64,000 nucleotides of DNA, taken from the human T2T-CHM13v2.0 reference genome, Homo sapiens. Where the stretch lies: NCBI RefSeq assembly GCF_009914755.1, contig NC_060938.1; one strand, 5' to 3'. The notes beneath the pieces were generated by a model. It had not been told where the DNA came from and did no database searches. It saw only the letters and a list, made by a program, of their open reading frames with translations. The first letter of the stretch is position 1, and each line of letters starts with the position of its first letter. Below, one piece after another: positions 1 to 13,400 of the stretch. The position numbers and the translations under genes are program-made.

Positions 1-1004
1 TTTAATATTTTTTTATTTGACTATATTCATTATAATTCTTCATGTACTTTCAGGTTTTCTTCTGATTGCCAAGTGTTCTTTTTACCCCCAACAGGCATCC
101 TGACTCAAGCTGTATACATTTGCAATATCTGATTTTTAACCACACACTCTTCATCCTATTGACCCAGAGTGAAAATTGATACTCTTAGCTGAAGGACTGT
201 TCCCTTGAGTATATTTAAACCAGACCAATCTCTGTGTTTAATCTGGGTTCATCAGGAACCATTAGCCTTGATTGGTTTGTTTTTCTCCCCCTCCATCTCA
301 GGACTTGATTCTATTGAGTTAACAACTATTCTCCCCAGAGAACAGCTACCGCAAGCCTGTTTCAAGTAATTCCAATATCTGGCTCTTAGAAATTGAACTG
401 ATCTTTTTTTTCTTTAGTTTTATGTGAAGAACTGCAGTAATGAATTCTGAATTTGTTCAAATCATTGAAGATGTGTGAAGACAAAACATTCACTCAAATC
501 TCTATCATGTTAGCATGTTATTTATCATTGCTCTGTTCTTCATTGTTGAATAATGCAATTGAGTTAAAAAGAATAAACATTATTTACCGAAGACTCATAT
601 GTTGATATCCAGTAAATCCTCATTAATCACAATTTGACAAGCTTGCAATTTCTGGTATTTCAGGAAGGAACTAGGTATATGTTTATCTGTGCAAAATATC
701 AAAAAATGCATTAGTAAGCCTTTTAGTAATGTAAATAAGACTGCGGAAGAATTATTAGAGCAAACTATATTTTGTTTAAACTATTCCGGCATAACACATA
801 ACTCAGAAAATAAGACAATCTATCGAAGCCTTACAAATTACAATCTGTGAGGCCTGTCATAACTTTCATAAGAATGCTTAATTACATTGTGCTGCTGATA
901 TAAAGAACCCATCTCTAAATACAGTTAAAACATTATCCAGATTTTCAAACATAATTTCAAGGGGGATAATAAGTAGAAAAACTACGGGGTTATTTTTCAG
1001 ATCA

Positions 1005-1140
1005 TATATTTCTAGCTCTACTTTTGAATATCTGTGACTCATGACTTCAAGTAAATATTTTACCTCTTCTGAATCTAATTGCTTATCATTTAAATAAAAA
1101 TACGTCATTGTGCACATTTCATGGAGTTGCTAGTGAACAT
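1005..1140 (+). mobile_element. MIR SINE fragment (degenerate)
   Basis: Resembles the MIR core (ctagctctac...tgtgac...aagtaaatattttacctcttctgaatct...tcatttaaataaaa); boundaries approximate. Confidence 0.55.
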
Positions 1141-3809
1141 AAGGAGCTTGAGACTGAAAGCTACCTTAAAAATTATAAATCAACAAAATTCTGAATACTC
1201 ATTACTATGTTCTGGATTACTCTTATTATAAATTTGCAAAATAATTTTGTCTTCAGTTTTTGAATTCTGTATGGCAAGGAGCACAATGGCTTGTGTTAGC
1301 TTGTCTATAAAATTGTAATTGGTATGAAACAGCTTTGATAATTACCTCAGCTACAATATTCTGAATAATTTTCAGTTTAGCTTAAAATATTAGAACAAGT
1401 GGCTATTCATGAATAAATATTACTGATATCTTGAAAGAAATAACAAGATTCCTTCTTTAAGCTCTTAAACTCTTTCCATGCTGTAAATTAAACACATCAG
1501 TAATAGCTAAGAGAGAATTCTGATACACCATCGTTTACCACTATTATAGCACAAATTTTGGATGTGACAAATTTTAAATTAGTAGATGTTATTTTCCCAA
1601 ATAAACAAAAGGAGAATCTAACATGAAGCAAATTCAAACTACATCTTTATAAGACGTTTTATAGCCATGTAACATAAAGGCTAATACTAAGCTGTCATTA
1701 GTTAAATGATTAAGTTTGGAAAAATTATTATTGATGACTAGTATTGCAAAGTGTTAAAGTATTAAACATTACATCTCCTTGTGTCACTAGGTACTTTCCT
1801 TCCTCATTCCAGGCAGCAACACAAGAAAGCATTCATTATTTTAAGGGAGGACAGTCTCAGGAAAACAGCAGAACAAAGGCATAGACCTAAAATTCTTACC
1901 TTTTAGATTCGAAGTGGTTCTCAGGTATAAGACAACAAGATTTGAGAAAAACAAGCAAACAAACATGATCACACACAAGGAGTTCTTTCCCAAACTATAC
2001 TAGACCAGAGACTAGAGAAAGATCATTAAATCTGAAGGAAGGAGTTTAGCAATCCAGAGGCTGGTATGTGTTTCTTGCCCTCTCCTCTCTTACTTGAGTT
2101 AATTCTAAACTGATGGGGACAAAGTGGAATCCCTTAATAATTTGAGGGATCTGCAATTAGATAAAATCTGTGCTGCCAACATTCTATGTTCCTTCTTGGC
2201 AGTAGAGGATACAATGAAACGGCTAAATCAGTTCTCCATGCACCAACAAGACTTACAGTACAGACAGATAGTTTTTCTGGATAAGGTTGGCATAGCTTTG
2301 CCAGTCAAATTGGAGGAGAGTTGCAGTAGCATACATGGCATGAATCATATGATAAGAGACCACATGAGAACTGTATACCTCAATTGATATCATCATGAAG
2401 GTATTAATTCCAGAAAGCAGATGGAGGATATATTTTAGTGGATGTCACGATAGGCAGGTAGTGATGAAGGATGAGATGCCACCTTTCACCTCATGTCACA
2501 TTTCACCTCAGTGACCTTGGCGTTTATACACAATACCAAGAAGAAAGGGAACAGGAAGAGGAATCCTCTAGACTGCTTTGAAGTGGCAAATTATGTTTCT
2601 GTTCTCCTGAGCAGAATGGAGTTAGGGTTAAATTAGACTGAGTTATAGAAAATAAAAACTACAATTTTTCATAATTAAGTTTGAAATTATTGTAGCAGAT
2701 ACACTGGTCTTCCTATCATGATGATTGTGTTCTCTTCCTAACATGGCATTCACCTTAGTAACTCACTGTTAATATGTAAAACACAAAACAGAAAGATAAG
2801 GAAACTGGTAAATTCCATCAGCCTAACAAGTTTCCTCCATGTTTTCCTTTGACTTATGCTGAAGTTAACTGCAGGGGATGTCCTGGTTCTTTCTAGCTTC
2901 TCTAGTTTTAATGTCAAGAGAAATTTATTTTCTTTCTGTCTTCTTATCCACTTGAAGTGGTAGAAAGAAACTTTATTCATAAATAAAATCTCCCTAGGTA
3001 ATAAATTTTTGGTTTAAAATACCTTTAACTATTGGCAACTCCTAAATTTCTCTCAACAAGGAGCTTAGGGGCAGTAATCCGGCTGGAAGTGGTGATGGTG
3101 GCTGCATTTGTAGGCGGCACACTGGCACATTATGCATTATTTGGAGATAGATAATGGGAAAGTTAACAAGGTTTACTAATCATCCCCGCAACAGCACCCA
3201 CAGATCTGATCTCGGTGATACAATCTTTACTGACGAGCCCTCCTTGTATGCTGCCTTCTGCTTATTGCTTGCATATTTTATTTTATTGCTTGTCCATTTG
3301 CTTTAAATGTGGTCAAAAATTAGACAGAGATGATGATTCTCAGTGGTTTTATGTTGAGTAATAGGCTAACAAAAAAAAATTCATACAAAATTATTGGATG
3401 TGTTAGAACTGAGTTTATATCTAGAAGCCACAATAGCAGAAATAAGAATTTAAACCTTTTTGATCTTTCATTTTTACTGTCAAGCTGTCTTAAATTATGT
3501 CCCAAGAGGAATTTTGGATCTACCTTTCGCTGCTCTTCAGTGCCTTGTGCATTCCTGAATCCAGTTCACATCCCTCATTCTTCACTTGAATGAAACGCAA
3601 GCATATCAATGCATTTAATCTTAACATGGCAAGACAGCATTCCCCTATTTCTGTGCTTGTCTTCTGTAATTCCAAATCTTAGGCAAGGATATATAGTAAG
3701 GTTTGGAAACCACGTAACTTAGTGAAATGGATTTAACTCTTTAAATGAAAATACTGAGGATTATGGTCCAAGTAGTAGAAAGTTCACCAACCTATACAAC
3801 CACAAATAT

Positions 3810-4290
3810 TCATATAATAAATATCTATTAAACACATGCTATCAAAAGAACACTGTTCTAGACGTAAAGATGGGATAGTAAAAAACACCAACTCTCTCTC
3901 AAGATGTTCAGATTCTAGTAGATGAACAGACCGCAGATAATAAGCTAAAAAATAGCCACAAATCATATTGATCATTAAGACTGATGGTCAATGAATGTCC
4001 TTCTGAGAGGTCAGCATTTAAGCTTATTCCTAAATAATAAGGTGAATATAGCCATGTGAAGATTGCGTGGGAGAGCTTTGGTGGCAAAGGGAACACTAGA
4101 TGACCAGAAATTTCAGTGTTTCAGGGTCTATCGGATGCAGGTGACAGCAGCATGAGAGAAAAGCATTTAGAGAGGTAGGTGTGGGCTGATACTATGGATA
4201 TCAGAGAAATTAGACTTTATTCCGGCAGCAAAGGGAGCCTATCGTAGGGTACCAAGAGCATATGGTGATTTGTTTGATGATTTTAAAATA
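3810..4290 (-). mobile_element. L2 LINE 3' fragment; continues at about 4560-4808 and 5197-5290
   Basis: Antisense L2 3'-end pattern (aaatatctattaaacacatgctat...cactgttctag; agccatgtgaagattgcgtgggagagctttggtggcaaagggaaca; ttttggacatggtaag...aaacatccaggtggag). Confidence 0.6.
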
Positions 4291-4299
4291 TTATTCTTC

Positions 4300-4500
4300 T
4301 TATAGTATAATACCAATGATGAAATGTTGTGATATCTGGAATTCCTTTAAAAAACTGTTGGGAAGTAAAGTGAATGAGGTTTAGTGAAACAAGATTAGCT
4401 GTGAATTGGATAGTCATTAAAGTTGGGCACATAGAATTCATTATACTATTCCCTCTACTTTATATATAATTGAAAGTTTTCATAACACAAAGGTTTAAAA
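4300..4500 (+). mobile_element. Old L1M (L1MC/ME-like) 3' end fragment within the L2
   Basis: gaaacaagattagctgtgaattg...ttcattatactattccctctactttatatataattgaaagttttcataacacaaag is typical of L1M 3' ends. Confidence 0.55.
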
Positions 4501-4808
4501 TTATATAAAAACACAACTTTCCTCCAGTATAATAAGCAATCCAGTGCCCAGATTTGACTCTGTAAGTACTAGCCTTTAGTGATAGGATACACTGCTGGGG
4601 AATAGTGCTTGGGAACATAGACTGGATAATAGTGCCATTTACTGAGCTAGGAAAGACAGGTCAGTGAATTGCAGCTTGGAGGGGACACTGGAAATCAAAA
4701 TTTCAATTTTGGACATGGTAAGGGCAAAATGTTTGTTAAACATCCAGGTGGAGTTATTAAGCAGCTCTAATGTCCATATGAACCTTGAGTTCAGAAAAAG
4801 GGTAGTGC

Positions 4809-5196
4809 TGTAGCTGGGATTATTTGTTCATGAGTATTCGTCCCCTTCCTTCCCTTGCCATGTTTATATGCAGAACATACTTCCTATCCCACACGAATGG
4901 CTCTGGGTAATAGAATATGAGCAAACCTGACATTTGCTATGTGTAATAAAAAGCTTTAAATTGGCTTGCATGTTTTAGTTTGGCCCCTTTTTCTGGCCCA
5001 TTCACCAAGAAAGTGATATGTTCCAGTGATTCTATGATCCTTAAGCCTGGCATCTGAGATGAGAAGACACATGACACCGAGCTGTTTGAGTTAAGGCCAC
5101 TGGAGTTGAAGCACTGGAGTGCTGTGCACAAGAAATCCATGTTGCTGAAATCCACTATGTTCCATTTATTTGTTATCCTAGAAAAGCGGACTTACA
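4809..5196 (+). mobile_element. MaLR MLT1-type solo LTR
   Basis: Starts TGTAG and ends ...cttACA; internal motifs gggtaatagaatatgagcaaacctgaca and aagaaatccatgttgctgaaatccact...tttgttat. Confidence 0.55.
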
Positions 5197-6424
5197 CTGT
5201 CAACGAGGCAGATGGAGGTTTGAAAGTCATTGGCTTATTGGTTGTGTTTAAAGCCATTGGACTAGATGAGATGATCTAAGGGAGATGATAATCTAAAATT
5301 GTTTTTTTTTTAATGTGGACAAATGAGCTCAAAAAAACAAAACAAATCAGCAAACAAAAATTGCCCTAAATTAAGAAGTTCTAGGAAATATATGGGTAAA
5401 AGAACATTAATTTTCATTTCCATAACATTTGAGTTATATTTCAGAAACTGGCAAATGAGTACTTTAAATAAGCATTTAAGAAATATTTGTTCTTGATTTA
5501 TATGCCAATCAGACAAAATGTGAAGGCCTTACTCAGATTAAATATCACCATGAGAGAGAAATTTCTGATAATTTTTCAAGTTTTAACAAGGTAGCTGAAA
5601 TTGGAGAAAGTTATCACTTGGAATGAGTTGATCTATCCCATCCTAAAATATGTCACTTGCTTTAAAACATAATAAATATGATTTTAAATTGTATCGTTTC
5701 CTGGTATAAATTTCTGTCATAAAATGTATGAAGCTCTCTTTTAATTAGATGAAATAAGGCATTTCTAATTTGATGATAAATGTTTCTTTAAAGTGCATAT
5801 GACATTGCACTGGTGGTAATTTGTTAAATTATTATGAAAATTTTATACTTCTACAGTAATTTGCTTTTTATTTAGGATAAGAGTTCTGTCATAAACTCCC
5901 CATTCACTCTCCACATCCACTCTTTCTTCTCTCACACACATACTTGTGTTTTCCCTAATCATGAGGGTCCCAAACAAATCATAGTCAAGGTAGGTTGGTG
6001 GGGTTAGTAGAAAACTGTTCTTGAACCAAACACATCTCTTTAGAATTTTCATGCTACATTATTTCCTCTTGAGTATGTTTTCAACTATGGTTTTAAATTT
6101 TATTATTATTAATTAGTATGCCTCTTTAAGGCATTCCCTCCCTTTAATCATTTTTATAACATAGATTGGATTCTTTTTATTTCTTTATTTCCATGTAGTT
6201 TATATTAAAGTCCCTGGCATAATACTAAAATGCAGTTTTATACTGCTATAATGCATCCTGTCCAAATCTATTTGACTAAAGTCATGGCTTGCCTCAATCC
6301 TTGCTCTCACATACAAAATTATCATAAATATTTCATTAAGGTAAGGAAAGATTTGGGGGTGACCCTTATGAATTGTATATTTTCAGCTATTCAACTATTT
6401 AGCAACAATTGTAATTGCTATTTT

Positions 6425-6640
6425 TAGGCTTTTACTATGCTTCATATGTTATTGTAAAAGCAGCATATTATTTAATCCTCACATAACCATACTAGGTAGG
6501 TTCTGGTAATATTTTCTTTTAATAGGCAAAGGAGATAGCTAAGTAACTGGCCCAATGTTATGCAGTTAGTAAATGTGGAGCCAGGATTGAAACCTTTTTC
6601 TGTCTCATGCTAAAGCCTGAATGCCTAACTCTATTAAGTA
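6425..6640 (-). mobile_element. MIR SINE
   Basis: atttaatcctcacataaccat...aagtaactggcccaatgttatgcagttagtaaatgtggagccaggattgaaacc matches the antisense MIR core. Confidence 0.75.
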
Positions 6641-6649
6641 CAGCCCCTT

Positions 6650-7250
6650 ATTAGTTGGAGTAGTCTAAGAGTTCCACGAAACAACCTCCAAATCTCAGTT
6701 ATTTAGCAAAGTAAAATTTCATTTCTAGCTCATATCACAGTTCAATTAAATGACCGGCATGCAACATTTCAGGCTCCATCTATCTAGTGTCTTTGCCTTC
6801 CCCTAGAACTTCACAGTTCAACATGGTAGCCATTAGCCATACGTAGATATTAATTGAAATGAAAAATTCAGCTCCTCAGCTGCAGAAGCCACATTTGAAG
6901 TGTTCAGTAGCCTCATTTGCCTACTAACTATTTTATTGGTGTGTAAAGATGTAAAACATTTCCATCATCACAAAAATCTAGCTGGACACTCTGTAGAGCC
7001 TCTGGGTCTTCCACTAGGAACTCTGTTTCAAGCCTGCAGATGAGAAAGAGAGAGCATGTGAGATTGGTAGGGGGATTTTTGTGAGCCAGGCTGAGTCCAG
7101 TATATCACGTCTGTTCACTCTCCATTGGCCAGAATGCAAATAAATGGCTGCATCTAAATAAAAGAGAAACTGGGAAATGCAATCAAGCTATGTGCACAAG
7201 AGCAAAAGGGAAATGGCTGGTGAACAACCAACCAGGTTCTGTCTCATAGT
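6650..7250 (-). mobile_element. MLT1 (J/K-like) LTR interrupted by MER3
   Basis: aaacaacctccaaatctcagt...ttctagctcatatcacag and ttcactctccattggccagaatgc...ctgggaaatgcaatc. Confidence 0.5.
6803..6996. mobile_element. MER3-like hAT-Charlie DNA transposon
   Basis: caacatggtagccattagccatacgt...aaaattcagctcctcag...agccacatttgaagtgttcagtagcc...aacatttccatcatcacaaaa. Confidence 0.75.
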
Positions 7251-7364
7251 TACACTAAATATCTCTCTTCTTCAAGCATTCACTGAATACTTACTATATA
7301 TCCCTCTCTAAGCATTTGAAGTGCAGTTTAAATCCCTCACAAGACATTGATAAAGGTTAGATTA

Positions 7365-7770
7365 TTGTTTAGATAATGATTACTGTCTTTCCCCTTACCA
7401 CCTCATGAGGGGGAGTTTTCTTCCACATCTCCTTGATGTTGGGCTTGGCATATGACTTGGTTTGGCCAATAAAATGTGAGCTGAAATGACATTGTTGTAT
7501 CAAACTTGAATCATTAAGAAACAGTACATTTCACTCTTCAATCCCCTGGAAGCTTGAGAACTCTACTATGAGAAAAACGTGTCTCCAGGTAATCACTGTC
7601 TTTCTAACCCAGGTCCCAGAAGGCTGCATATGGAACTGACCTGGACTTAATCTACAAGATAGATACCCCCAGCTAACCTGCAAACTCACAGAGTGATGAG
7701 TGAGAAAATAATGCTTCTTCTTCTGTGCCTATGTGATTTAGTGATTCTGCTATGCAACAAAAGTTAATGT
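7365..7770 (+). mobile_element. MLT1 (H/I/J-like) LTR inserted into a MIR
   Basis: ttgatgttgggcttggcatatgacttggtttggccaataaaatgtgagc...gtgagaaataatgcttc; MIR pieces at about 7330-7365 and 7790-7920 flank it. Confidence 0.65.
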
Positions 7771-7789
7771 AATTTTTTAAAGCAGAAGC

Positions 7790-7920
7790 TATTGTAAAGA
7801 AACTGAGACCAAGAATGGTTAAGTAAAGCATCCTAATTCACATGATTATAGAACAAAAGAACTGGGACTCAAACTAAGGCCCTCTGATTTCAATACACAT
7901 GTTTTTAACTGTTATGCCAT
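7790..7920 (-). mobile_element. MIR SINE fragment
   Basis: aaagaaactgagaccaagaatggttaagtaa...gaactgggactcaaactaaggccctctgatttcaa. Confidence 0.7.
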
Positions 7921-8069
7921 GCTGTCTCCAAGTAAGCATATTATTAATATTATTATCAGGTACAAGAACATATTATGTAGAAAATGCCAGGGTTGTTCAG
8001 TGCTTCTTTTCAACATTTCTGTTATTAATAGTTTAATTTTCTCACTGTGCTCTTTAAGCTCCCTATCTA

Positions 8070-8466
<397 letters not shown>

Positions 8467-9127
8467 AGATAATTTGTTCAGGTGAATTGTTAGACTACTT
8501 TCCAATAAGTTCCTTTTTTAGGTAAGTCGTTTCTTCAATAGGTGATCTTTATGGACAACATTGTGGCAATCGTAAATGAATACACTACAGAAGATCAGGT
8601 GGGTATTCATCCAAGTTAGGTTTGAACAATGATACCAAAAAAATTGGCTTCTTTTAGTGAGACCCCAAGAGAGATACTTTTAAGAATGCTCATGTTTCCA
8701 TGTGTATAAGCAAGCTTTGCTATTACTTAAGTGGCATATGGCTGTGAAATCAGAGATCGGATCTTGCTAGGCTGCCAGGAGTACGTGTGGACACTGAAAA
8801 TATGAAAAATCAATAAATGAGCAAGATACGAGGAAACCTTGTGGTTGAGAGAGTGTTAGCATAGTTTGTGAAGTGCTAGTATAGTTGAGAAGTGTTGACT
8901 ATTGAACTAGCTTGTTGCACAGTTACAATATGCAAAACATATTCAAAGAGTATAAAACGGGTTTAACACATCTAAAATTATCCTATTTCTGTGTGTGCTT
9001 CCCTTTGTGTGACTTTTTTTCTTTTTGAATATTGTCATTTTAGGTTAATAGTATGGTTTTATAGTCATTGAAGCCAGTAAAAATTTAATAAAATGAAAAT
9101 TGAACATTTACCTGATGCGACCGCAAT

Positions 9128-9248
9128 TTGCTATTCAAAGTCTGGTCCAAAGACCAGCAGCATTGGCATCAACAAGGAGACTATTAGAAATGTATAATGA
9201 CTGGCCCCACCCAAGCCCGACTGAATTAAAATATTTGTTTTAACAAGG
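9128..9248. mobile_element. MER5A-like DNA transposon fragment
   Basis: ctattcaaagtctggtcc...accagcagcattggcatca...ttagaaatg...ggccccacccaagcccgactgaatt...tttaacaag. Confidence 0.75.
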
Positions 9249-10193
9249 TTTTAAATTTTAACGAGAGAGAATAACAGAGAAAATGTAAAGTTATTGTCTA
9301 GAAGCCACCAAATTGCAATCTTATTATTAACCAGGTTGATTTTTTTAAATACAGTCATAAGGAAATAGATTATTTACTAAAATAAAATGGAAAATAAGAT
9401 GAGAGGGAACCCAGATACCAGCTATTTTATCATTTAATATATATCTGACTTGCAGTTAATGTCCAGAGCAGTGTGAAGAAAGATTTATTTTTAATGGTCA
9501 AAATAGATGAGAAGATGTAGTAAGCCCACTACTATTTTTCAGTTGATAATCCTATTCTGAAATGAGCATATTTTTGGAATTTAATGCATTAAAAAGGGAA
9601 ATATTACAAACTTAGACTAGAACCTTTAATCAAAGCGTAATTAGCAAATACAATAGCTTTGGAAATAAGAACAGAATGAACATTAATATCAATAACGTGC
9701 TAATTGTCTTTCCTTTCTGTTGACTTTAGGAAGATTTGGACCGTAATCTATTTATAAGAATGAGACTTAGTGCTGCTATTTGATGCCTTCATTTCATATC
9801 TTTACAATAAGCCAAAAATATATTTGTTCAAATAACATTCAATTTAAAATTGATATTAATTTACATAAATTTTGATAGGATTCATGTCTGGTGAGATATC
9901 TATGGTGAATATGCTGCCAAAAATGCTAAGTATAATAGAGGCTATGATGAAGTCCTTGAACATTTTCTTTTGGAGAGGATTTTTATGAAACTAGTTGTCA
10001 TGTCTGTGTTCAAATAGCTTTTAATTTATTGTTTAATTAAATATAATTAATTACAATTCAGTAATTAATTACTAAATTAATTACTATTGAGTCAAAGAAT
10101 CCTCTGTCAAATAACTTCTTAATTTATGTTGTTGTCTTTTTTTCTCTTATTTTGATGGGCCAGTATAAGGGACATGAGTCATGTTATTCTAAA

Positions 10194-10214
10194 TGTGTGT
10201 GTGTGTGCGCGCAC
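10194..10214. repeat. Short (TG)n(CG)n alternating purine-pyrimidine tract
   Basis: tgtgtgtgtgtgtgcgcgcac. Confidence 0.8.
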
Positions 10215-10879
10215 AAAGCTTTGCATTTGATCCAACATCATGCTCAGTGTTGTTCGTCAGTATTGTGACTTCTGATATGTACTTTTTTCTGTGTTTTAAT
10301 TTCTATGATCATTGATATTCAGTGACTGAAGAAGTTATCCTTTATGGACACACTCTGAAGGAAGAGTGTGACCTACTGATCTTTCCAAAATGAGCATGTA
10401 TTTGGAAATTTGGCAGCTTTTCACAAAGCCAGTCACTACTTGATATAATTTCTCCAAACTTGGAGGCTGCCTGGGCAACTGTGTTCCTCAATATCTAATT
10501 CCTAGTATCAGAGACCACCTTTCATCTTCTTCAGTGCCATCAGCCTCCCAACATCATGATTTTAAGGATACAGGAAAGCCACCTTACTTTCAGGAAGATT
10601 CTCTACTGCTTACCAATAGATAGAAGTTTTTTTTCTTTCAATTATTTGACATTTTGTCTTTTATAATACTTCTATTTAAATGTGAAACTTTATATAATTA
10701 GGAATGAACCTTAAAATGACAAATGTAATTATTAATATTCACATGTATAGCATCTAAAATCATTTTGGTTACTACAATTTGTGAAACATTGACTTCTGTT
10801 TTGGAGAGTTATTTTTCCGAGAAAAAAAGTTGCGTAGAATAGCTTGAGAGCTCAATGGACTGAATAAGCTAAATGCTCC

Positions 10880-11264
10880 TAGTGAGTTGAATTGGGGCGG
10901 GGGGGCTAAATCCAATGACAAGTGTCATTGGAAAAAATGTCCAAGGACAAGTGTCATCTAGAAAAGCAGAGGAATATTTGAGATGCACACGCAGAAACAG
11001 GGGAGAAGTCAATGTGAAAAAGGAGGAAGAGATTGGACTGATGCATCCTCAAGCCAACAAATGCCAAGAATTGCTAGCAGCCACCAGAAACTGAAAGAGA
11101 CAAGGACACTTCCCTAGAGTGTCCCTCTTTGGAGGGACCATGACCCTGCCAAGCCCCTTGGTTTTAGATTTCTGGCCTCCAGATCTGTGATAGGATAAAT
11201 TTCTGTTTTTTTAAGCCACCGAGTTTGTGGTCATTTATCATGTCAATCCTAGGAAACTAATACA
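10880..11264 (+). mobile_element. MLT1C-like MaLR solo LTR with a 5' internal deletion
   Basis: ctaaatccaatgacaagtgtc...caagccaacaaatgccaagaattgctagcagccaccagaa...ttctggcctccaga...ttaagccaccgagtttgtggt...ctaggaaactaataca. Confidence 0.85.
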
Positions 11265-13400
11265 CTGTTGTACCAATAGATTCCCAAATCTAATGAGTTA
11301 ACAAAATATATGTTTATTGCTTATTCACATCATAATCTGACGTCTTGACAGGTAGGACTCTGCTCCGTGCAGTCATTCACCGACCCAGGTTATGTCCACA
11401 AGGTGGTCCTGCCATTCTCAAGAACTGGCTTCTAACATCTCTGCAAAAGGGAAAAAAGAGAATAGATGATCATACAGATGTTTTTTTGATCATGTGAGAA
11501 AGTGGCATACATCACTTTTACTCACAGGCATACTCAGATGGCTAGGATTCAATCATAGAAACTCAAACTAATCAAACTGATGTATGAAAAAATGTACTCT
11601 TCTTGAAAGCCAAGAAAGGTGCTTTTGGTGAACACATAGCATTTTCTCTGCCAAAGTCTGTACTTCCAATATGAAATATCTACTTCACTCTTACTTCTAC
11701 ACACAGAAAACACTAATGACCTTTCCAATGAGGTGGAAAAAATTCATTCAGTCACTGCCTCCAACTCAAAGTCTAGAATCTTCCGACAATGTGTTGTCTT
11801 TTTCATTGGGTCAGCATCCTATAACCTGAAAAGTCTTTTTATCTGGTTCTATCCCCAAAACCCAATAGCATGACAACATTGTCATGTGAAAAGGTAAAGA
11901 ATGGGCTCCATGTAACAGACACTGGTATGGAAAAATTCTAAAACTTGCTTGGTGAACATTTTAAGCACTATGTATTTTGGAAGAGGGAGAAGTTTATTGA
12001 TTAGATGCTAATTCCGCTCTCTGCAAGAAACTCTCCTAGGGGGTGCCTGGCTCTGCCTTCTCTGAGGACTGCACAGGTTTTGCAGCCAGCCTCTTAGTCT
12101 GCTAATGGTTAACATTACCCCCAAATCCTCCAGTGTTTTAGACTAAGCTTATGATTTCCTTTTTTAAAAAAATAGTTTTGTCACAAACAGTATCTTCTAA
12201 TCTATCTTTCTTGTCATTTACATGGCCTAGTAGCCATACCTAAGGTTCTTTCTCAGATATCGTTCACAAATATACTCTTTCTTTTAATTCCTCATTCACG
12301 TCTCTGACTCTATGCTTAATGCCAGCTCTTTTGAGGCTATCAGGAATTTTAGGAAGGATGGATCCCTGATCTGAATTTGGGCACAAAGCTGAGTCACCTT
12401 GTTCAACTGAAAAGTTTCACTGGGTCAGAGACTTTCCTCAATTTTATTTCTTACTCTTTGGGATCTAGAAGGGGTTAGCAAGGCTCAAAAATTCTGGATT
12501 CTCATCCTCATTTATTTATGCTTGTAAATTTAGCCACTTTTTTCTTAGTCTATCTCTTTCTTACAACATATTACCAAACACAACAGAAGCAACCAACCTA
12601 TACATTGATGGCTTTGTTTTCTAACCTCTTCCCTTAGATCAAGTTCAGCAGGCACAGGCTATAGGTGATAGTTTACCAAATGTGTTCAATGAACACTCTG
12701 ATGCCTGTCATGAGTCATGTCACAGTCAATGTAAGTTGCCCCACCTAATCAATTCAAGACCTAGCCTTCTCCCGTCTTCAGCATGTAGCTCCAGGAGAAT
12801 GCAGGAGAGTAGTAGTGAGAATGCAGGATTGTGGAAGAAGCCTTCTGGCTGAGTCTGGGAATAGTATACATCAATTATACCCAAATTCTATTAGCCAGAA
12901 TGCAGAGATATGAAATGTGAAAACAGGATAGGCTAGGCATTATAGTCTTCTTGTATGCCCAGGAAAATGGCATGGTTTGGGGAAGCACATAACATTGTTT
13001 CAAACCTAGGCTCCAGAAATCCCTTTTCTTTTTCTCTGTAGCTAAACAGTCTAAGGTAGTTCCAGTTCAGAGACTGGGGCTAGAAAAGAGTCATGATCAA
13101 TTCATTCAGACATTCAGAGACCAGGCTGCCAGCAGCCATGTTATCTTCCAGGACACCCTAGGCTTTGATATTCAGCCAACAGATAGTAAAAGAGAAGGGA
13201 GAAGGCATGCTCATTTTTCAAATATCTGGACCATTAAATAATATACTTTGCTTCCAGCCATTTTATCCCATTAAAAACTAGTCATACAGCCCCATTTTGA
13301 TGCAAATGGAACCTAGAAATGAAGTCCTGAAATGAGTGCCTGCTTCCTAGCAATTATTCCATATGATGGAAGGAGGAGTATTTGAGGAGGGACAGACAAA
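11265..13400 (-). mobile_element. Cluster of old MLT1 LTR pieces with possible MaLR internal sequence (about 11650-12720)
   Basis: LTR-like motifs at about 11270-11650, 12830-13000 and 13040-13400 (ctctgctccgtgcagtcattcac, aattctattagccagaatgcag, aaaactagtcatacagcccc); the intervening sequence resembles MLT-int. Confidence 0.45.

Noticed and set aside
302-365. Possible plus-strand exon (pyrimidine tract and ctcag acceptor, caa|gtaatt donor)
   Set aside because: The donor is weak, there are no partner exons, and such pseudo-exons are common
1891-2015. Minus-strand donor AAG|GTAAGA at 1900 with upstream pyrimidine tracts
   Set aside because: There is no clear acceptor or recognisable coding content, so it cannot be told apart from chance
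10020-10090. Self-complementary (TAAT/ATTA)-rich tract
   Set aside because: Low-complexity AT sequence gives palindromes trivially
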